Position numbers and translations under genes: made by a program. A model generated the notes under the pieces. The model had not been told where the DNA came from and did not search any database. It was given only the letters and a program-made list of their open reading frames with translations. A stretch of DNA of 50,389 bases. Origin: an uncultured Candidatus Saccharibacteria bacterium. Its GTDB lineage: Bacteria; Patescibacteriota; Saccharimonadia; Saccharimonadales; AWTP1-31. The DNA lies in contig CAZHBD010000003.1 of the NCBI GenBank assembly GCA_964530555.1, forward strand, positions 1-50,389, in the 5' to 3' direction. This document shows, in pieces, positions 1 to 11,247 of this stretch (position 1 is the stretch's first letter; the number at the start of each line of letters is the position of its first letter).

Positions 1-56
1 CCATGATCGAGGTTACCGCCCTCTTGGCCTTCCTCGGCGCCCTAATTGTTAAATAA
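1..56 (+). CDS. atpE: F0F1 ATP synthase subunit c, C-terminal fragment (5' end outside window)
   Basis: Frame reads ..MIEVTALLAFLGALIVK then TAA (54-56). This is a hydrophobic helix with the conserved carboxylate Glu. It sits directly upstream of atpF-atpH-atpA. Confidence 0.7.
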   Translation, partial: MIEVTALLAFLGALIVK

Positions 57-73
57 GAGGACACGACTACACT

Positions 74-625
74 ATGCTTGAGCTACTGACAACTATCACC
101 CACTTTGCCGAAGCGGCTACCGAAGAAAAGTCCGGCATTGCTGTTCTTGGAATTGACGTCAAAGTTATTCTGTTGCAGGCGGGTACGTTCTTACTGCTCT
201 TCTTGATCATCAAGAAGTTTGCCCTGAAGAATATTGTCAGTACGCTCGAGCAGCGTCGTCAAACAATTGACAAGGGTGTTGAGCTCGGCCTAGAGATGGA
301 AAAGAAGAAAGCCGAGTTCGATGAAGAGTTGAAAAAGCTGCATATTGCTGCCCGAAGCAGTGCTGATGAGATTATCGCCAATGCTAACAAAGAAGCGGGC
401 GATATCATCAAGGCCGGCGAAAGCAGCGCGGCAAGCAAGGTTGACCAAATGCTGAAAGATGCCGAAGCACGCATTGAGCGTGAGATGAGCAAGGCGCGAG
501 CTGACCTCAAACACGAGATGCTCGGATTGGTGGCCGAGGCGACCGAAGTTATTATCGAAGAGAAGCTTGATGCCAAAAAGGATGAAAGTCTGATTGGCCG
601 GGCCTTAGCAAAGGTACGGGCGTGA
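74..625 (+). CDS. atpF: F0F1 ATP synthase subunit b
   Basis: 183 aa with one N-terminal TM helix (VILLQAGTFLLLFLIIKKF), then a long K/E/A-rich coiled coil. Position between c and delta. AAGAGGA lies upstream. Confidence 0.85.
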   Translation: MLELLTTITHFAEAATEEKSGIAVLGIDVKVILLQAGTFLLLFLIIKKFALKNIVSTLEQRRQTIDKGVELGLEMEKKKAEFDEELKKLHIAARSSADEIIANANKEAGDIIKAGESSAASKVDQMLKDAEARIEREMSKARADLKHEMLGLVAEATEVIIEEKLDAKKDESLIGRALAKVRA

Positions 626-1008
626 AAGTAACCAACCGTGAATTAGCTGAGTCGGTTTTGACGGATCTACGATCCGGTAAATCAAGCCAACAGGTAGCGC
701 GCAGTTTAGCCGCTTACTTCATTAGCGAGCGTCGCACTAAAGATGCCGATGCGGTTGTGCGTGAGATCGATCGCCTACTGCGCCAGCAAGGTGTGGTCGA
801 ACTCGAGGTAACTTCTGTTGCGGGAGTTAGTAGTGATATCAAGGCGGAACTTAGCAGATTGTTTACGACAGATGATAAGCAAACGATAAGCGTTCATGAA
901 ACACATGATCCGACTGTGCTTGGCGGTGTGTTAGTTGAATCGGGCGACCAACGTCTTGATTTGACGGTACGCCGACAAATACAACGGCTAAAAGGAGTAC
1001 GAGTTTAA
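622..1008 (+). CDS. atpH: F0F1 ATP synthase subunit delta (OSCP), unusually short at 128 aa
   Basis: GTG start overlaps the atpF stop (GTGA). C-terminal OSCP-like motif [29 protein letters not shown]. Position before atpA. Confidence 0.75.
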   Translation: MKVTNRELAESVLTDLRSGKSSQQVARSLAAYFISERRTKDADAVVREIDRLLRQQGVVELEVTSVAGVSSDIKAELSRLFTTDDKQTISVHETHDPTVLGGVLVESGDQRLDLTVRRQIQRLKGVRV

Positions 1009-1009
1009 G

Positions 1010-2563
1010 ATGGCAGACGTATCAGTCAAGGAATTATCAGCAGATATTAAAAAAGCGATCGAAGCGCTCAAGACAAGCCCAGAGATCGAAACGGTTGGTG
1101 TGGTTACTCGCGTAGGTGACGGTATTGCCTGGATCTATGGTTTGAGTAACGCTGGCTATAGTGAAATGCTCGAAATCGAAGGGGTTAATGGCTCGGTCCC
1201 GGCCTTTGCCCTGAACTTGCAAGAAGATGAAATCGGCGCCGTACTCATGGGCGAAGACGTCGAGGTTAAGGCTGGCGCGCGCGTTAAACTGACGGGCCGT
1301 GTGTTGGAAGTGCCGATTGGTCCCGAACTGGTTGGTCGTGTGGTTGACCCGCTTGGTCGTCCGCTTGACGACAAAGGCCCGATCAAGACGAAGCAAATGG
1401 GTCTGATTGAGCGCCCTGCCCCTGGTGTGTTGGATCGCAAAAGCGTGCATGAACCACTTATGACAGGTCTTGTAGCTATCGATGCTATGGTGCCAATTGG
1501 ACGCGGTCAGCGTGAGCTTATTATTGGCGACCGCCAAACTGGTAAAACTGCCATTGCCCTTGATACGATGATTAACCAGCACAAGCAGAACACCGGTGTT
1601 ATTAACATTTATGTCGCTGTTGGCCAAAAGCTCAGTAAGGTCTCCCGTCTGATCGAGCGCCTAAAGCGTGAGGGTGTGATGGACCAGACAATTGTTGTGG
1701 TCACGTCTGCCTCAGATCCTGCATCACTGCAATATCTAGCACCGTACGCTGGTGTGGCTATGGGTGAATACTTCCGTGACAATGGTCAGCACGCCTTGAT
1801 TATTTACGACGATCTTTCCAAACACGCCGTTGCGTATCGACAGATGTCATTGCTATTGCGCCGTCCACCGGGCCGCGAAGCGTACCCTGGTGATGTCTTC
1901 TACCTGCACTCTCGTCTGCTGGAACGTGCCGCTAAAATGAGTGACGAAAAGGGCGCTGGTTCGCTTACTGCCTTGCCGATCATCGAAACCCAAGCCGGCG
2001 ACATTAGTGCCTACATTCCAACCAACGTGATTTCTATTACTGACGGTCAGATCTTTATGGAAACAAACTTGTTCTACCAAGGTATCCGTCCGGCTGTGTC
2101 GGTTGGTCTCTCCGTTTCGCGCGTTGGTGGCTCGGCACAGACCAAGGCTGTTAAGAGCGTGGCAGGTAGCCTACGCCTTGATTTGGCGCAGTTCCGTGAG
2201 TTGGCAGCGTTCGCGCAATTCTCTACAGACTTAGACGCTGATACCAAGGCGAAAATTGAACGTGGACAGCGATTGACCGAACTTCTCAAGCAGCCACAGT
2301 ATTCACCGCTTGGCGTGTGGGAACAAACCGCTTCGCTCATGGCTGCAACACAAGGGGCTTTCGATGCTGTTCCCGTGGAAAAGATTAAAGAAGCGCAGGC
2401 TGCGCTGTTGCATCAATTGCATAGCGAACATCGAAAAGCCATGGACGAGCTTAACAAGGGCGATAAACCCAGTGAGGCGACAGCCAACACTATTCTCAAA
2501 ATTGCCAAAAATGTTGCTGAAGGCTATACGGAGGCACGGGCTAAAGCGGAGGTTAAGGAGTAG
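1010..2563 (+). CDS. atpA: F0F1 ATP synthase subunit alpha
   Basis: 517 aa with Walker A GDRQTGKT and strong family-wide similarity ([45 protein letters not shown]). Confidence 0.98.
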   Translation: MADVSVKELSADIKKAIEALKTSPEIETVGVVTRVGDGIAWIYGLSNAGYSEMLEIEGVNGSVPAFALNLQEDEIGAVLMGEDVEVKAGARVKLTGRVLEVPIGPELVGRVVDPLGRPLDDKGPIKTKQMGLIERPAPGVLDRKSVHEPLMTGLVAIDAMVPIGRGQRELIIGDRQTGKTAIALDTMINQHKQNTGVINIYVAVGQKLSKVSRLIERLKREGVMDQTIVVVTSASDPASLQYLAPYAGVAMGEYFRDNGQHALIIYDDLSKHAVAYRQMSLLLRRPPGREAYPGDVFYLHSRLLERAAKMSDEKGAGSLTALPIIETQAGDISAYIPTNVISITDGQIFMETNLFYQGIRPAVSVGLSVSRVGGSAQTKAVKSVAGSLRLDLAQFRELAAFAQFSTDLDADTKAKIERGQRLTELLKQPQYSPLGVWEQTASLMAATQGAFDAVPVEKIKEAQAALLHQLHSEHRKAMDELNKGDKPSEATANTILKIAKNVAEGYTEARAKAEVKE

Positions 2564-2566
2564 TTC

Positions 2567-3541
2567 GTGGCTAGTCAGCAGCAAATCAAAGGTCGCATCA
2601 AGAGCGTTCGCAACACTCGCCAAATTACCAAGGCGATGGAACTGGTTAGCGCCAGCAAAATGCGTAAGGCTCAAGAAAATGCCCTCAAGGGCCGCGACTA
2701 TGCTGCTATGTCCGAGCAACTACTCACGCGCCTACGAGAGATAACCGACGTCAGCAAGCACCCTTTGTTCGAAATTCGTAACGAAGTCAAAGCTCGGTTG
2801 CATGTGGTAGTGACAAGTGATCGTGGTCTCGCCGGTGCCTACAATAGCAGTGTGCTGAAGACCTTCACCAAAGAAGTTCAAGCCGACCGCGACGCCGGTG
2901 TTGACAGCTATACGCTGACCATTGGTCGCCAAGGTAGTAACTTTGCCAGCAAGATCGAACACGTACAGAGCCTGGGTGCTTATACTGACTTCCCTGAACA
3001 CCCGACAGCAAACGATCTTCGTTCGATACTGGATACCGTTATAGCTAGCTTTTTGAAGGGTTCAACGAACCGCAAGCCCGTAAAAGTGTCCGAAGACAGT
3101 GACGCGCCAGTGGTGCCCGAACCAGTTCCGCCAGCTGAGGAACGAGAAGAAGAGCTGCATGTTCCGGCGGTTGATGTCGTAGACGTCATCTACACTGACT
3201 ATAAATCCAGTATTGTGCAAGAAGTCACGAGCCTGCGTTTGTTGCCGGCAGCCTTTACAGAGGTTGAGATTGAGCCGGATCTGGAGCGCGCCGACTTTGA
3301 GCCAAGCGCTACACAGGTGCTGGAATCGGTTGCGCAGCGCCTGATCGAAGCGCAGCTCTATCAGGCCTTACTTGAAAGCATGGCAAGTGAGCAAAGTGCC
3401 CGTATGATGGCGATGAAAAACGCCAGCGACAACGCCAGTGATATCATTGACGACCTGACCCTTGCCTTTAACACGGCCCGCCAAGCAGCTATCACCCAAG
3501 AGTTGGCTGAAATTACTGGCGGTGCGGAGGCGATCAAGTGA
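2567..3541 (+). CDS. atpG: F0F1 ATP synthase subunit gamma, with an acidic/Pro-rich insertion of about 35 aa
   Basis: N-terminal IKGRIKSVRNTRQITKAMELVSASKMRKAQ and C-terminal ARQAAITQELAEITGGAEA hallmarks. GTG start 3 nt after the atpA stop. Confidence 0.93.
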   Translation: MASQQQIKGRIKSVRNTRQITKAMELVSASKMRKAQENALKGRDYAAMSEQLLTRLREITDVSKHPLFEIRNEVKARLHVVVTSDRGLAGAYNSSVLKTFTKEVQADRDAGVDSYTLTIGRQGSNFASKIEHVQSLGAYTDFPEHPTANDLRSILDTVIASFLKGSTNRKPVKVSEDSDAPVVPEPVPPAEEREEELHVPAVDVVDVIYTDYKSSIVQEVTSLRLLPAAFTEVEIEPDLERADFEPSATQVLESVAQRLIEAQLYQALLESMASEQSARMMAMKNASDNASDIIDDLTLAFNTARQAAITQELAEITGGAEAIK

Positions 3542-4170
3542 GTGAAGTTTTTGGCCCTGGTGAGACCCTCAGAGTTAATGCATTGGCGGCTCAGGTGGAC
3601 ACTCATTTCCCACTTGCGGCACCAGGAGGTATTTCAGAAAAAGTTCGTGAATTAATTGACACAGGTCAATTAAGTGAGGCTGCAAACTTACTAGCAAGAC
3701 TAGATTTTGCAGATAGAGCTGTCGCTGAGGAGCTGACCGCTGGTTTACCAGCTTCTGAGGACACAAGCACAGAGGTTCAGGCTTTTCTGCGTGGCTTGTA
3801 TCACGGTAGAGCCGAAGGTGCTCACGTGGTTGAATCCTGGAAAACTGAGCTCGGTCAATTGACTGATCCGGTTGCGTTTGCTGATGCCTTACGAGATCCT
3901 CGTAGCCGACCATCGGTATTGATTCACGAAGCAGCGATTTCGCTCACCGAGAAAGCTTTGCGAGAAGTGCGGATTTACGGTGGCTTTGTGGTTCGAAAAA
4001 TTATGGACCATCGAAAGATTAATGGTCGTGATTCAGCGACGGTGTATGCGGGCGACGCCATCGAGCGTCGAGCTCAGGAAACACTGAAAGATGTACTCCA
4101 TCAGCTTGGATTTTCGGCAACGAGGTCGGCAGACAGGGCAACTAAAGGTAGAATTGACATAAGGAGATAG
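3538..4170 (+). CDS. hypothetical protein (210 aa, basic C-terminal tail) embedded in the atp operon
   Basis: GTG start overlaps the atpG stop (GTGA, 3538-3541). The frame is open to TAG at 4168-4170. No motif recognised. 9 of 21 Arg codons are AGA/AGG, whereas atpD uses CGN only. Confidence 0.65.
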   Translation: MSEVFGPGETLRVNALAAQVDTHFPLAAPGGISEKVRELIDTGQLSEAANLLARLDFADRAVAEELTAGLPASEDTSTEVQAFLRGLYHGRAEGAHVVESWKTELGQLTDPVAFADALRDPRSRPSVLIHEAAISLTEKALREVRIYGGFVVRKIMDHRKINGRDSATVYAGDAIERRAQETLKDVLHQLGFSATRSADRATKGRIDIRR

Positions 4171-4171
4171 C

Positions 4172-5976
<1,805 letters not shown>

Positions 5977-5977
5977 T

Positions 5978-6460
5978 ATGAGCGATGCTCTTGGTGGCAA
6001 AACGGGTGGTTCTATGGCTGATCGAGACAGTCTTCGCGAACTTATGTCAGGCTATGGCTCTTCACCCGAAGCTCCCGTTCCCGGCGAAGTCGCGGTTACA
6101 GTCGCCCCAGACGGAATTCCAGCCGCAGCGCCAGCAAGCAGCACGGAAAAGAGCGATCACATCGCGGCTGACGTTGGCCCTAATAGAGATGATCTGCGAA
6201 AAGTGTTCGCTCGCCCCGAGTGCCGAGCGGCGCTCCTGCGGGGTAGTCTTGACGATGATTTTCTAATTGGAGCAAGCAAAGTTAATGTTGAGGATGTAGT
6301 GACGAGTTTTGTCCACGGAGTAATGGACGAGCGCGCCGTCGGGCCACATAGTCCGTATGTCACCTATCACACGGTTATCGACATAGCTCAGCAAGTGCTA
6401 CACGAAGCGCTGGTTGTTGTTGCTCAGCTACCCCCAAACAATAACGGAGTGGCGCAATAA
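5978..6460 (+). CDS. hypothetical protein (160 aa; G/S/P/A-rich N-terminus) between atpD and atpC
   Basis: GAGGTGA SD. The ATG is 1 nt after the atpD stop, and the stop is 2 nt before the atpC ATG. No motif recognised. Confidence 0.6.
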   Translation: MSDALGGKTGGSMADRDSLRELMSGYGSSPEAPVPGEVAVTVAPDGIPAAAPASSTEKSDHIAADVGPNRDDLRKVFARPECRAALLRGSLDDDFLIGASKVNVEDVVTSFVHGVMDERAVGPHSPYVTYHTVIDIAQQVLHEALVVVAQLPPNNNGVAQ

Positions 6461-6462
6461 CT

Positions 6463-6897
6463 ATGATACGTTTTGAGTTGGTTACCTTAGATGGTGTGAA
6501 ATTCGGCGAAGATGTGTACGAGGTTGTCTTACCGACTGCTGATGGGTACATAGCAGTGTTTCCCGAGCACATGCCGCTGGTTTCGCTGGCTACACCAGGC
6601 GTGATTACGGTTCGTCGAAAAGCCGGCGATCCAGAATCGCGCCTCGAGTACTTTGCTACCAATGGCGGGGTTATTGAGATTGGTAAAAACCATGTTCGTG
6701 TCTTGGTTGACGAGGCTGATCGTGAGGATGAGATCAACGAGCAAGAAGCGCAGAAAGCCTTTGAAAATGCACAGCAATTGCAGCGCCAGGCGGGCGATCG
6801 CGTGAGTCTCGAGCATGCCCAGACCTTAGTTGACCGACAAGCTTCACGCTTGCGCGTGGCAGAGCTGCGTCGTCGTAAGCGCAGTAACCGTATTTAG
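6463..6897 (+). CDS. atpC: F0F1 ATP synthase subunit epsilon
   Basis: 144 aa. N-terminal beta-sandwich-type sequence (FELVTLDGVKF..VVLPTADGYIAVFPEHMPLVS) plus a C-terminal helical hairpin. Last gene of the operon. Confidence 0.88.
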   Translation: MIRFELVTLDGVKFGEDVYEVVLPTADGYIAVFPEHMPLVSLATPGVITVRRKAGDPESRLEYFATNGGVIEIGKNHVRVLVDEADREDEINEQEAQKAFENAQQLQRQAGDRVSLEHAQTLVDRQASRLRVAELRRRKRSNRI

Positions 6898-7019
6898 AGT
6901 CAGAAAGCGCGCTTGTTGTGCCATAAGCTCACTAGTGTAAATACTACTGCACTGAAAATTTGCTTTTTGTGCTCGTTCGTACTATCGTTTTATGCAGAAG
7001 CAATATAAGGAGGGTTTCT

Positions 7020-7772
7020 ATGTTTGGGAGACAAAAAATCGCCATGGTGGTGGCGGAAATTCTTGGCACCGCCGTTTTGGCGGTTGCCGTGTATTCAATG
7101 GTAGCACGAACCAGCTTTCCGCTGTTTGGTGGTTTGGCAGCAGGTTTAGTAGTATCGGCAATGACACTAGCTGTAGGTAGTGTTTCGTCGGCACACTTTA
7201 ACCCAGCTGTAACGTTAGGGTTATGGTCGGCACGGAGGGTTAAAACCTCAGTCGCAGTCGTCAACGTAGCGGCACAAATGCTTGGCGGAGTGCTCGCTTG
7301 GCTCCTGCTTCGTTACTTTTTGGGCAAAAACCTTGATTCGCTTATCCAGGGTGGATTTGAATGGAAGGTGTTCTTTGCAGAAGGAGTTGGGGCTATGGTA
7401 TTTGTGTTTGGCGTCGCCGCAGCTGTGTACCAGAAGCTCGAGGGAGGCAAGCTAGCATATACAGTTGGTGCAGCTTTGACTATCGGAATTTTGGTCGCCT
7501 CAATGGCCTCGAACGGCGTGATTAATCCAGCCGTTGCGTTGGCTATTCGTTCCTGGAACTGGGCATACGCGCTCGCTCCACTGGCGGGCGGTATTGTTGG
7601 CGCAAACTTATATGCACTGCTATTCGCGGGTGACTATCCCGTTGTACGCATTGCAACCGCTAGCACAGTAAGTCGCGGTGCAACCACAAAAGCAAGCACC
7701 ACTAGTAATCGTAAAGCCTCAACAAAGACAAAAGCCCGAAGCCGCGCAAAGACGTCAACGCGCCGCCGTTAA
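7020..7772 (+). CDS. MIP/aquaporin family channel with a basic S/T/K/R-rich C-terminal tail
   Basis: Two NPA boxes (HFNPAVTLG and INPAVALA) and six hydrophobic segments. AAGGAGGG (7007-7014) precedes the ATG at 7020. The longer ORF starting at 6960 was rejected. Confidence 0.88.
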   Translation: MFGRQKIAMVVAEILGTAVLAVAVYSMVARTSFPLFGGLAAGLVVSAMTLAVGSVSSAHFNPAVTLGLWSARRVKTSVAVVNVAAQMLGGVLAWLLLRYFLGKNLDSLIQGGFEWKVFFAEGVGAMVFVFGVAAAVYQKLEGGKLAYTVGAALTIGILVASMASNGVINPAVALAIRSWNWAYALAPLAGGIVGANLYALLFAGDYPVVRIATASTVSRGATTKASTTSNRKASTKTKARSRAKTSTRRR

Positions 7773-7790
7773 GTTAAACCAAAACTGCAT

Positions 7791-7816
7791 AAAGGCCCCG
7801 TGCATACGGGGCCTTT
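7791..7816. terminator. bidirectional hairpin terminator between convergent genes
   Basis: AAAGGCCCCG-tgcata-CGGGGCCTTT is a perfect 10-bp stem with A/T runs on both sides. It lies between the aquaporin stop and the helicase stop. Confidence 0.7.
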
Positions 7817-7829
7817 GTAATGAGCAAGA

Positions 7830-10800
7830 CTACCCCTGGTGACTATCAAGTAACCAGTTTTCAAAGGCTAAGATACCCTTTAAATCGAGGCTATACTTGC
7901 TGGTATCGGGAAAGTCCAGAGCTTGAATTCGCTGCCAGACAGCAGCGATGAGGTGCTCTAATCGCTCTACATCGCTTTCACTAAAGTTGTACGGTAAGTA
8001 TGTGAATATATCTTGATCATTAGGTTCAACAAACTGAAGCGCGAGCTCGGAGACTTTACAATCATGGAAATTTTCTGATTGACGCAACATAAGATAGTAG
8101 AACAACAGTTGTTGTTGATAGAGATGTGCTCGAATTTGACCATATGCTGTGCGGCCTTTCCAGTTGTCTAGGGCGGCACCGGTCTTGTAATCGATGACGA
8201 GCAAGCCCCCATCTATCTCGGTGCGAATCAGATCGACTTTGCCAGTGAGCTGAGCGTTATTCAACACGATCTTCTCGGTCGAGAAATCATACTCGCTTTT
8301 ATCATTTTGCAAAAAACGATTGTCTGCTGACAAAAAACCATGGAGTGCTTCCTGCCCACGAGTGGTTAGTCGCCGTGCTTCTGTTTCCGGTAAGCGAGCA
8401 CGGTTTATAATTGCTTTGAACCGCTGCTCTAAACTGACAGGGTCTACGTCCTGATTGTGATTGGCATTCACGTGACCCAGATGTAAGGTATCATGCATGG
8501 CCATGCCAAACACTGCACTTGGCATGGTCTGTTCTGGAAAGCGAAGGATGTGACGGTATAGCATCGCCCGTGGTCCACCCTTGGTTATGTCCAGAAAGCT
8601 ATTGAGGTGTGTGGCGCTTAGGTGATAGTTTTGTATCTGGTCCTTTAGAGCGTTAACGGTTTTGTGCCTCGGGGGCATTGGCTGAGAAAAACCGAGGGAG
8701 GTGCTTTCGGCAACTATGAGCTCCTCTATGCTTGATGTGGGTACTTCTTGAAGCGATGGCATTCGCGGGTCGTTTGAATCAAGCCAACCAAGTAGCTCAG
8801 CAGGCTGTCCGTTGTGTTTACGATGGTATGAAGATAGGTAGAGGTTCTGTTTGGCACGAGTCAACGATACGTAAAATAGTCGAAGCCTATCATCACTGCT
8901 GTCACGAGCAGGCTTGATCCATTGGAGGTTGGCTGGCAAGCTAAAGCTATAGGTTTGATTTCGCGTGCGGCTACCCCAAACGTCTTCATGACTGCTAAGT
9001 ATGAAAACGGTTTTCCATTCCAATCCCTTTGCCTTATAAGCCGTCATGAGCTGGACGGCGTTTTCTGCTGAAGTATATGGTGACACATCAAGCATTGTGA
9101 GCTTGCTCTCATGGTAGAGGTCGATGTACGCCACGAAATCTTTAAGCAGGCCTTCCCTTGTGGATTGATAATTGTTAATGTGTTCGCGCAGGCTACGCAA
9201 TTGTCCAAGCAAACGCAGGTATTCAGCACTGTTGCTTGTGATATGCTCTGATGGGAAGTAGTAGTCTTTAAACGGAACTGTCCAGTGTTTGCCAGAAGAT
9301 AGTTCCAGGTGCCGGTTGCCGGTCAAAATATCCAACATGCCTGCTAATGGCTCATGCTCTGACAGGGCTATGCAAGTCTCTAGAGCTCGTGCAACGCGGG
9401 CAATGTTGGTGTCGGTACTGTCGTGCATAACCTCTAGCCAGTTGCGGTGGCTTTTGTAGGCAGCGATAGACACTTGCCACAGAGACTCCGCAGGAATGCT
9501 CCAAAAAGGTGCGCTTAGTACTTGCGGGAGCAGGCCTTCAACTTTGCTCCAGTTTTGCTGTGCGCCAGCAACAACAAGGCGCGCGAGATCAATGAGTTCG
9601 CGAATGACCGGCTGTTCAAGTAGGTGCTCGCGTTTCTCGTACTTAACAGGAATATTGCGGGCGAGCAAATGCGGAACGAGCTCTTGCAAGAATCGGTGCT
9701 TGGGGCTCAGAACGGCAATATCATTAGGCTGCTCTCCATTATCAAGCAAACGCTTCATCTCGTTGGCAATATATTGTGCTTCTGTTGCAGGATTATCAAC
9801 ACGCACCAAGTTGATCTTTGCATTTGTTTGGATCTTGTCGGCTTTCAGCTCTTTAGTAATGGTCTTGACCTGATTTTCTAAGCGCTCACTGCCCATGGTA
9901 ATCACAGATCGTGATAGGTCAAGTAATGATTGTGCCGAGCGGTAGTTTTTGGTAAGAACAATTGTTTGTACGTCGCGCCAGCGAGTAATAAAGTCCACCA
10001 TGATTGAGTATCGCGCGCCCTGAAATCGATAGATTGCCTGGTCATCATCGCCCACGACCATAAGGTTTGGGCGCTGCTCATTTACTTCGCTGTCGGCAAG
10101 TAGTTCCAGGAGTTGATTCTGGGCACCGTTGGTATCTTGATACTCATCAACGAGAATATACTGATACTGCTCTTGCAGCTGCCATCGTAGCTCGTGATGC
10201 GTGCTAATTGCCTGTAGCGGTCGGAGAATCATATCATCGTAGCCAAACTGGCCAGTCATGGCGAGTTGCTCTTCATAAGTCGCGTAGACACGCTGAAGAG
10301 CTTGCATCACACGGTGTCGCCGTGCATCAATGAACGACCACTGATTAGGTTGTACTTGTGTGAGCCAGCGGTTTCGCCAAGCAGTTATGGCTGGTGCGTA
10401 TCGACCGGCGGCATCGGTTTGCTCAATAGCGTTGGCGAGCTCAGTACTGGCTAGCTGGGCTAGTTGATTATCGGGTGCGTGGTGTTGGAAGTCTCTAAAT
10501 TTAGAAAGCAGCTCAGTGTACTCGGGTAGCTTTTTAGGACTTGGGCGATCGGAAAAAGTGGACTGTAAAGCCGGAGTTAGCCGATCGGTAAATTGGACGT
10601 TTGCTTGCAAAAGCGTATCAAGTTGATGCGGTGTAATGGCGGCTTGCTTGCACCAGCTAATTAAAGCTTGAGTTGACTTTAAATGTAAGAACTCATCGTT
10701 AACGCGTAGCGACAAAGGGTCGCGGTGAGGAAGCTTACTGAAAATCTCCCGTAATAAAGCAAAAGTGCCAAGTTCGTCGATAGGCTGTAGAAGAGGCGCA

Positions 10801-11141
10801 TTGGTAAAAAAGTCAGGAAAACGCTGAATGATTTCGGCCCCAAAGCCATGGAACGTGTTGATTGCCACCTGGTTTGCGCCCGGACCTATGAGCTGCCGTA
10901 GGCGGTCGCGCATATTTTGCGCGGCAGCTTCAGTGAACGTCAGGCACAGGATATTGTTTGGGTTGCTGTCGGTTCGTTTAAGAATGTTGGCTACTCGCAC
11001 ACTGAGCAGTTGGGTTTTACCGGTGCCAGGACCGGCAATGACCAATAATGGGCCATCAATGGCGTTTACAGCTTGTTTCTGCTCGTCATTGAGTGCTGCG
11101 TAAGTGCTCGAAAACGTACTGGCTCCATCATTTTTCCCCAT
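7830..11141 (-). CDS. UvrD/PcrA-type superfamily 1 helicase fused to a C-terminal RecB-type PD-(D/E)XK nuclease (AddA-like)
   Basis: Helicase motifs GPGTGKTQ, VDEYQDTN, VGDDDQAIYRFQGA, NYRS, YKAKGLEW and YVSLTRAK. Nuclease motifs GKVDLI, VIDYKTG and QQQLLFYYL. Start chosen at the ATG at 11141, with TACAAT 6 nt upstream. Confidence 0.88.
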   Translation of the reverse strand: MGKNDGASTFSSTYAALNDEQKQAVNAIDGPLLVIAGPGTGKTQLLSVRVANILKRTDSNPNNILCLTFTEAAAQNMRDRLRQLIGPGANQVAINTFHGFGAEIIQRFPDFFTNAPLLQPIDELGTFALLREIFSKLPHRDPLSLRVNDEFLHLKSTQALISWCKQAAITPHQLDTLLQANVQFTDRLTPALQSTFSDRPSPKKLPEYTELLSKFRDFQHHAPDNQLAQLASTELANAIEQTDAAGRYAPAITAWRNRWLTQVQPNQWSFIDARRHRVMQALQRVYATYEEQLAMTGQFGYDDMILRPLQAISTHHELRWQLQEQYQYILVDEYQDTNGAQNQLLELLADSEVNEQRPNLMVVGDDDQAIYRFQGARYSIMVDFITRWRDVQTIVLTKNYRSAQSLLDLSRSVITMGSERLENQVKTITKELKADKIQTNAKINLVRVDNPATEAQYIANEMKRLLDNGEQPNDIAVLSPKHRFLQELVPHLLARNIPVKYEKREHLLEQPVIRELIDLARLVVAGAQQNWSKVEGLLPQVLSAPFWSIPAESLWQVSIAAYKSHRNWLEVMHDSTDTNIARVARALETCIALSEHEPLAGMLDILTGNRHLELSSGKHWTVPFKDYYFPSEHITSNSAEYLRLLGQLRSLREHINNYQSTREGLLKDFVAYIDLYHESKLTMLDVSPYTSAENAVQLMTAYKAKGLEWKTVFILSSHEDVWGSRTRNQTYSFSLPANLQWIKPARDSSDDRLRLFYVSLTRAKQNLYLSSYHRKHNGQPAELLGWLDSNDPRMPSLQEVPTSSIEELIVAESTSLGFSQPMPPRHKTVNALKDQIQNYHLSATHLNSFLDITKGGPRAMLYRHILRFPEQTMPSAVFGMAMHDTLHLGHVNANHNQDVDPVSLEQRFKAIINRARLPETEARRLTTRGQEALHGFLSADNRFLQNDKSEYDFSTEKIVLNNAQLTGKVDLIRTEIDGGLLVIDYKTGAALDNWKGRTAYGQIRAHLYQQQLLFYYLMLRQSENFHDCKVSELALQFVEPNDQDIFTYLPYNFSESDVERLEHLIAAVWQRIQALDFPDTSKYSLDLKGILAFENWLLDSHQG

Positions 11142-11247
11142 GCACCTATTGTACTTGTAGGTTATCCGAGTACAAACGGTCTTTTTCTGCTTGCAAGCAA
11201 TCACTTGACGGATTATGCTAAAAAAAGCAATTAAGGAGGATGACCCG

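Noticed and set aside
6960-7019. Longer N-terminal extensions offered by the ORF track: the aquaporin from 6960, the helicase from 11204, the ATP-grasp from 16823, VanY from 21585, dnaX from 33563, rplL from 37555, rplA from 47867 and rplK from 48896.
   Set aside because: Internal ATGs are preceded by AAGGAG-type SDs or a correctly spaced -10 box and match canonical family N-termini. The extensions are unconserved-looking and often overlap promoters.
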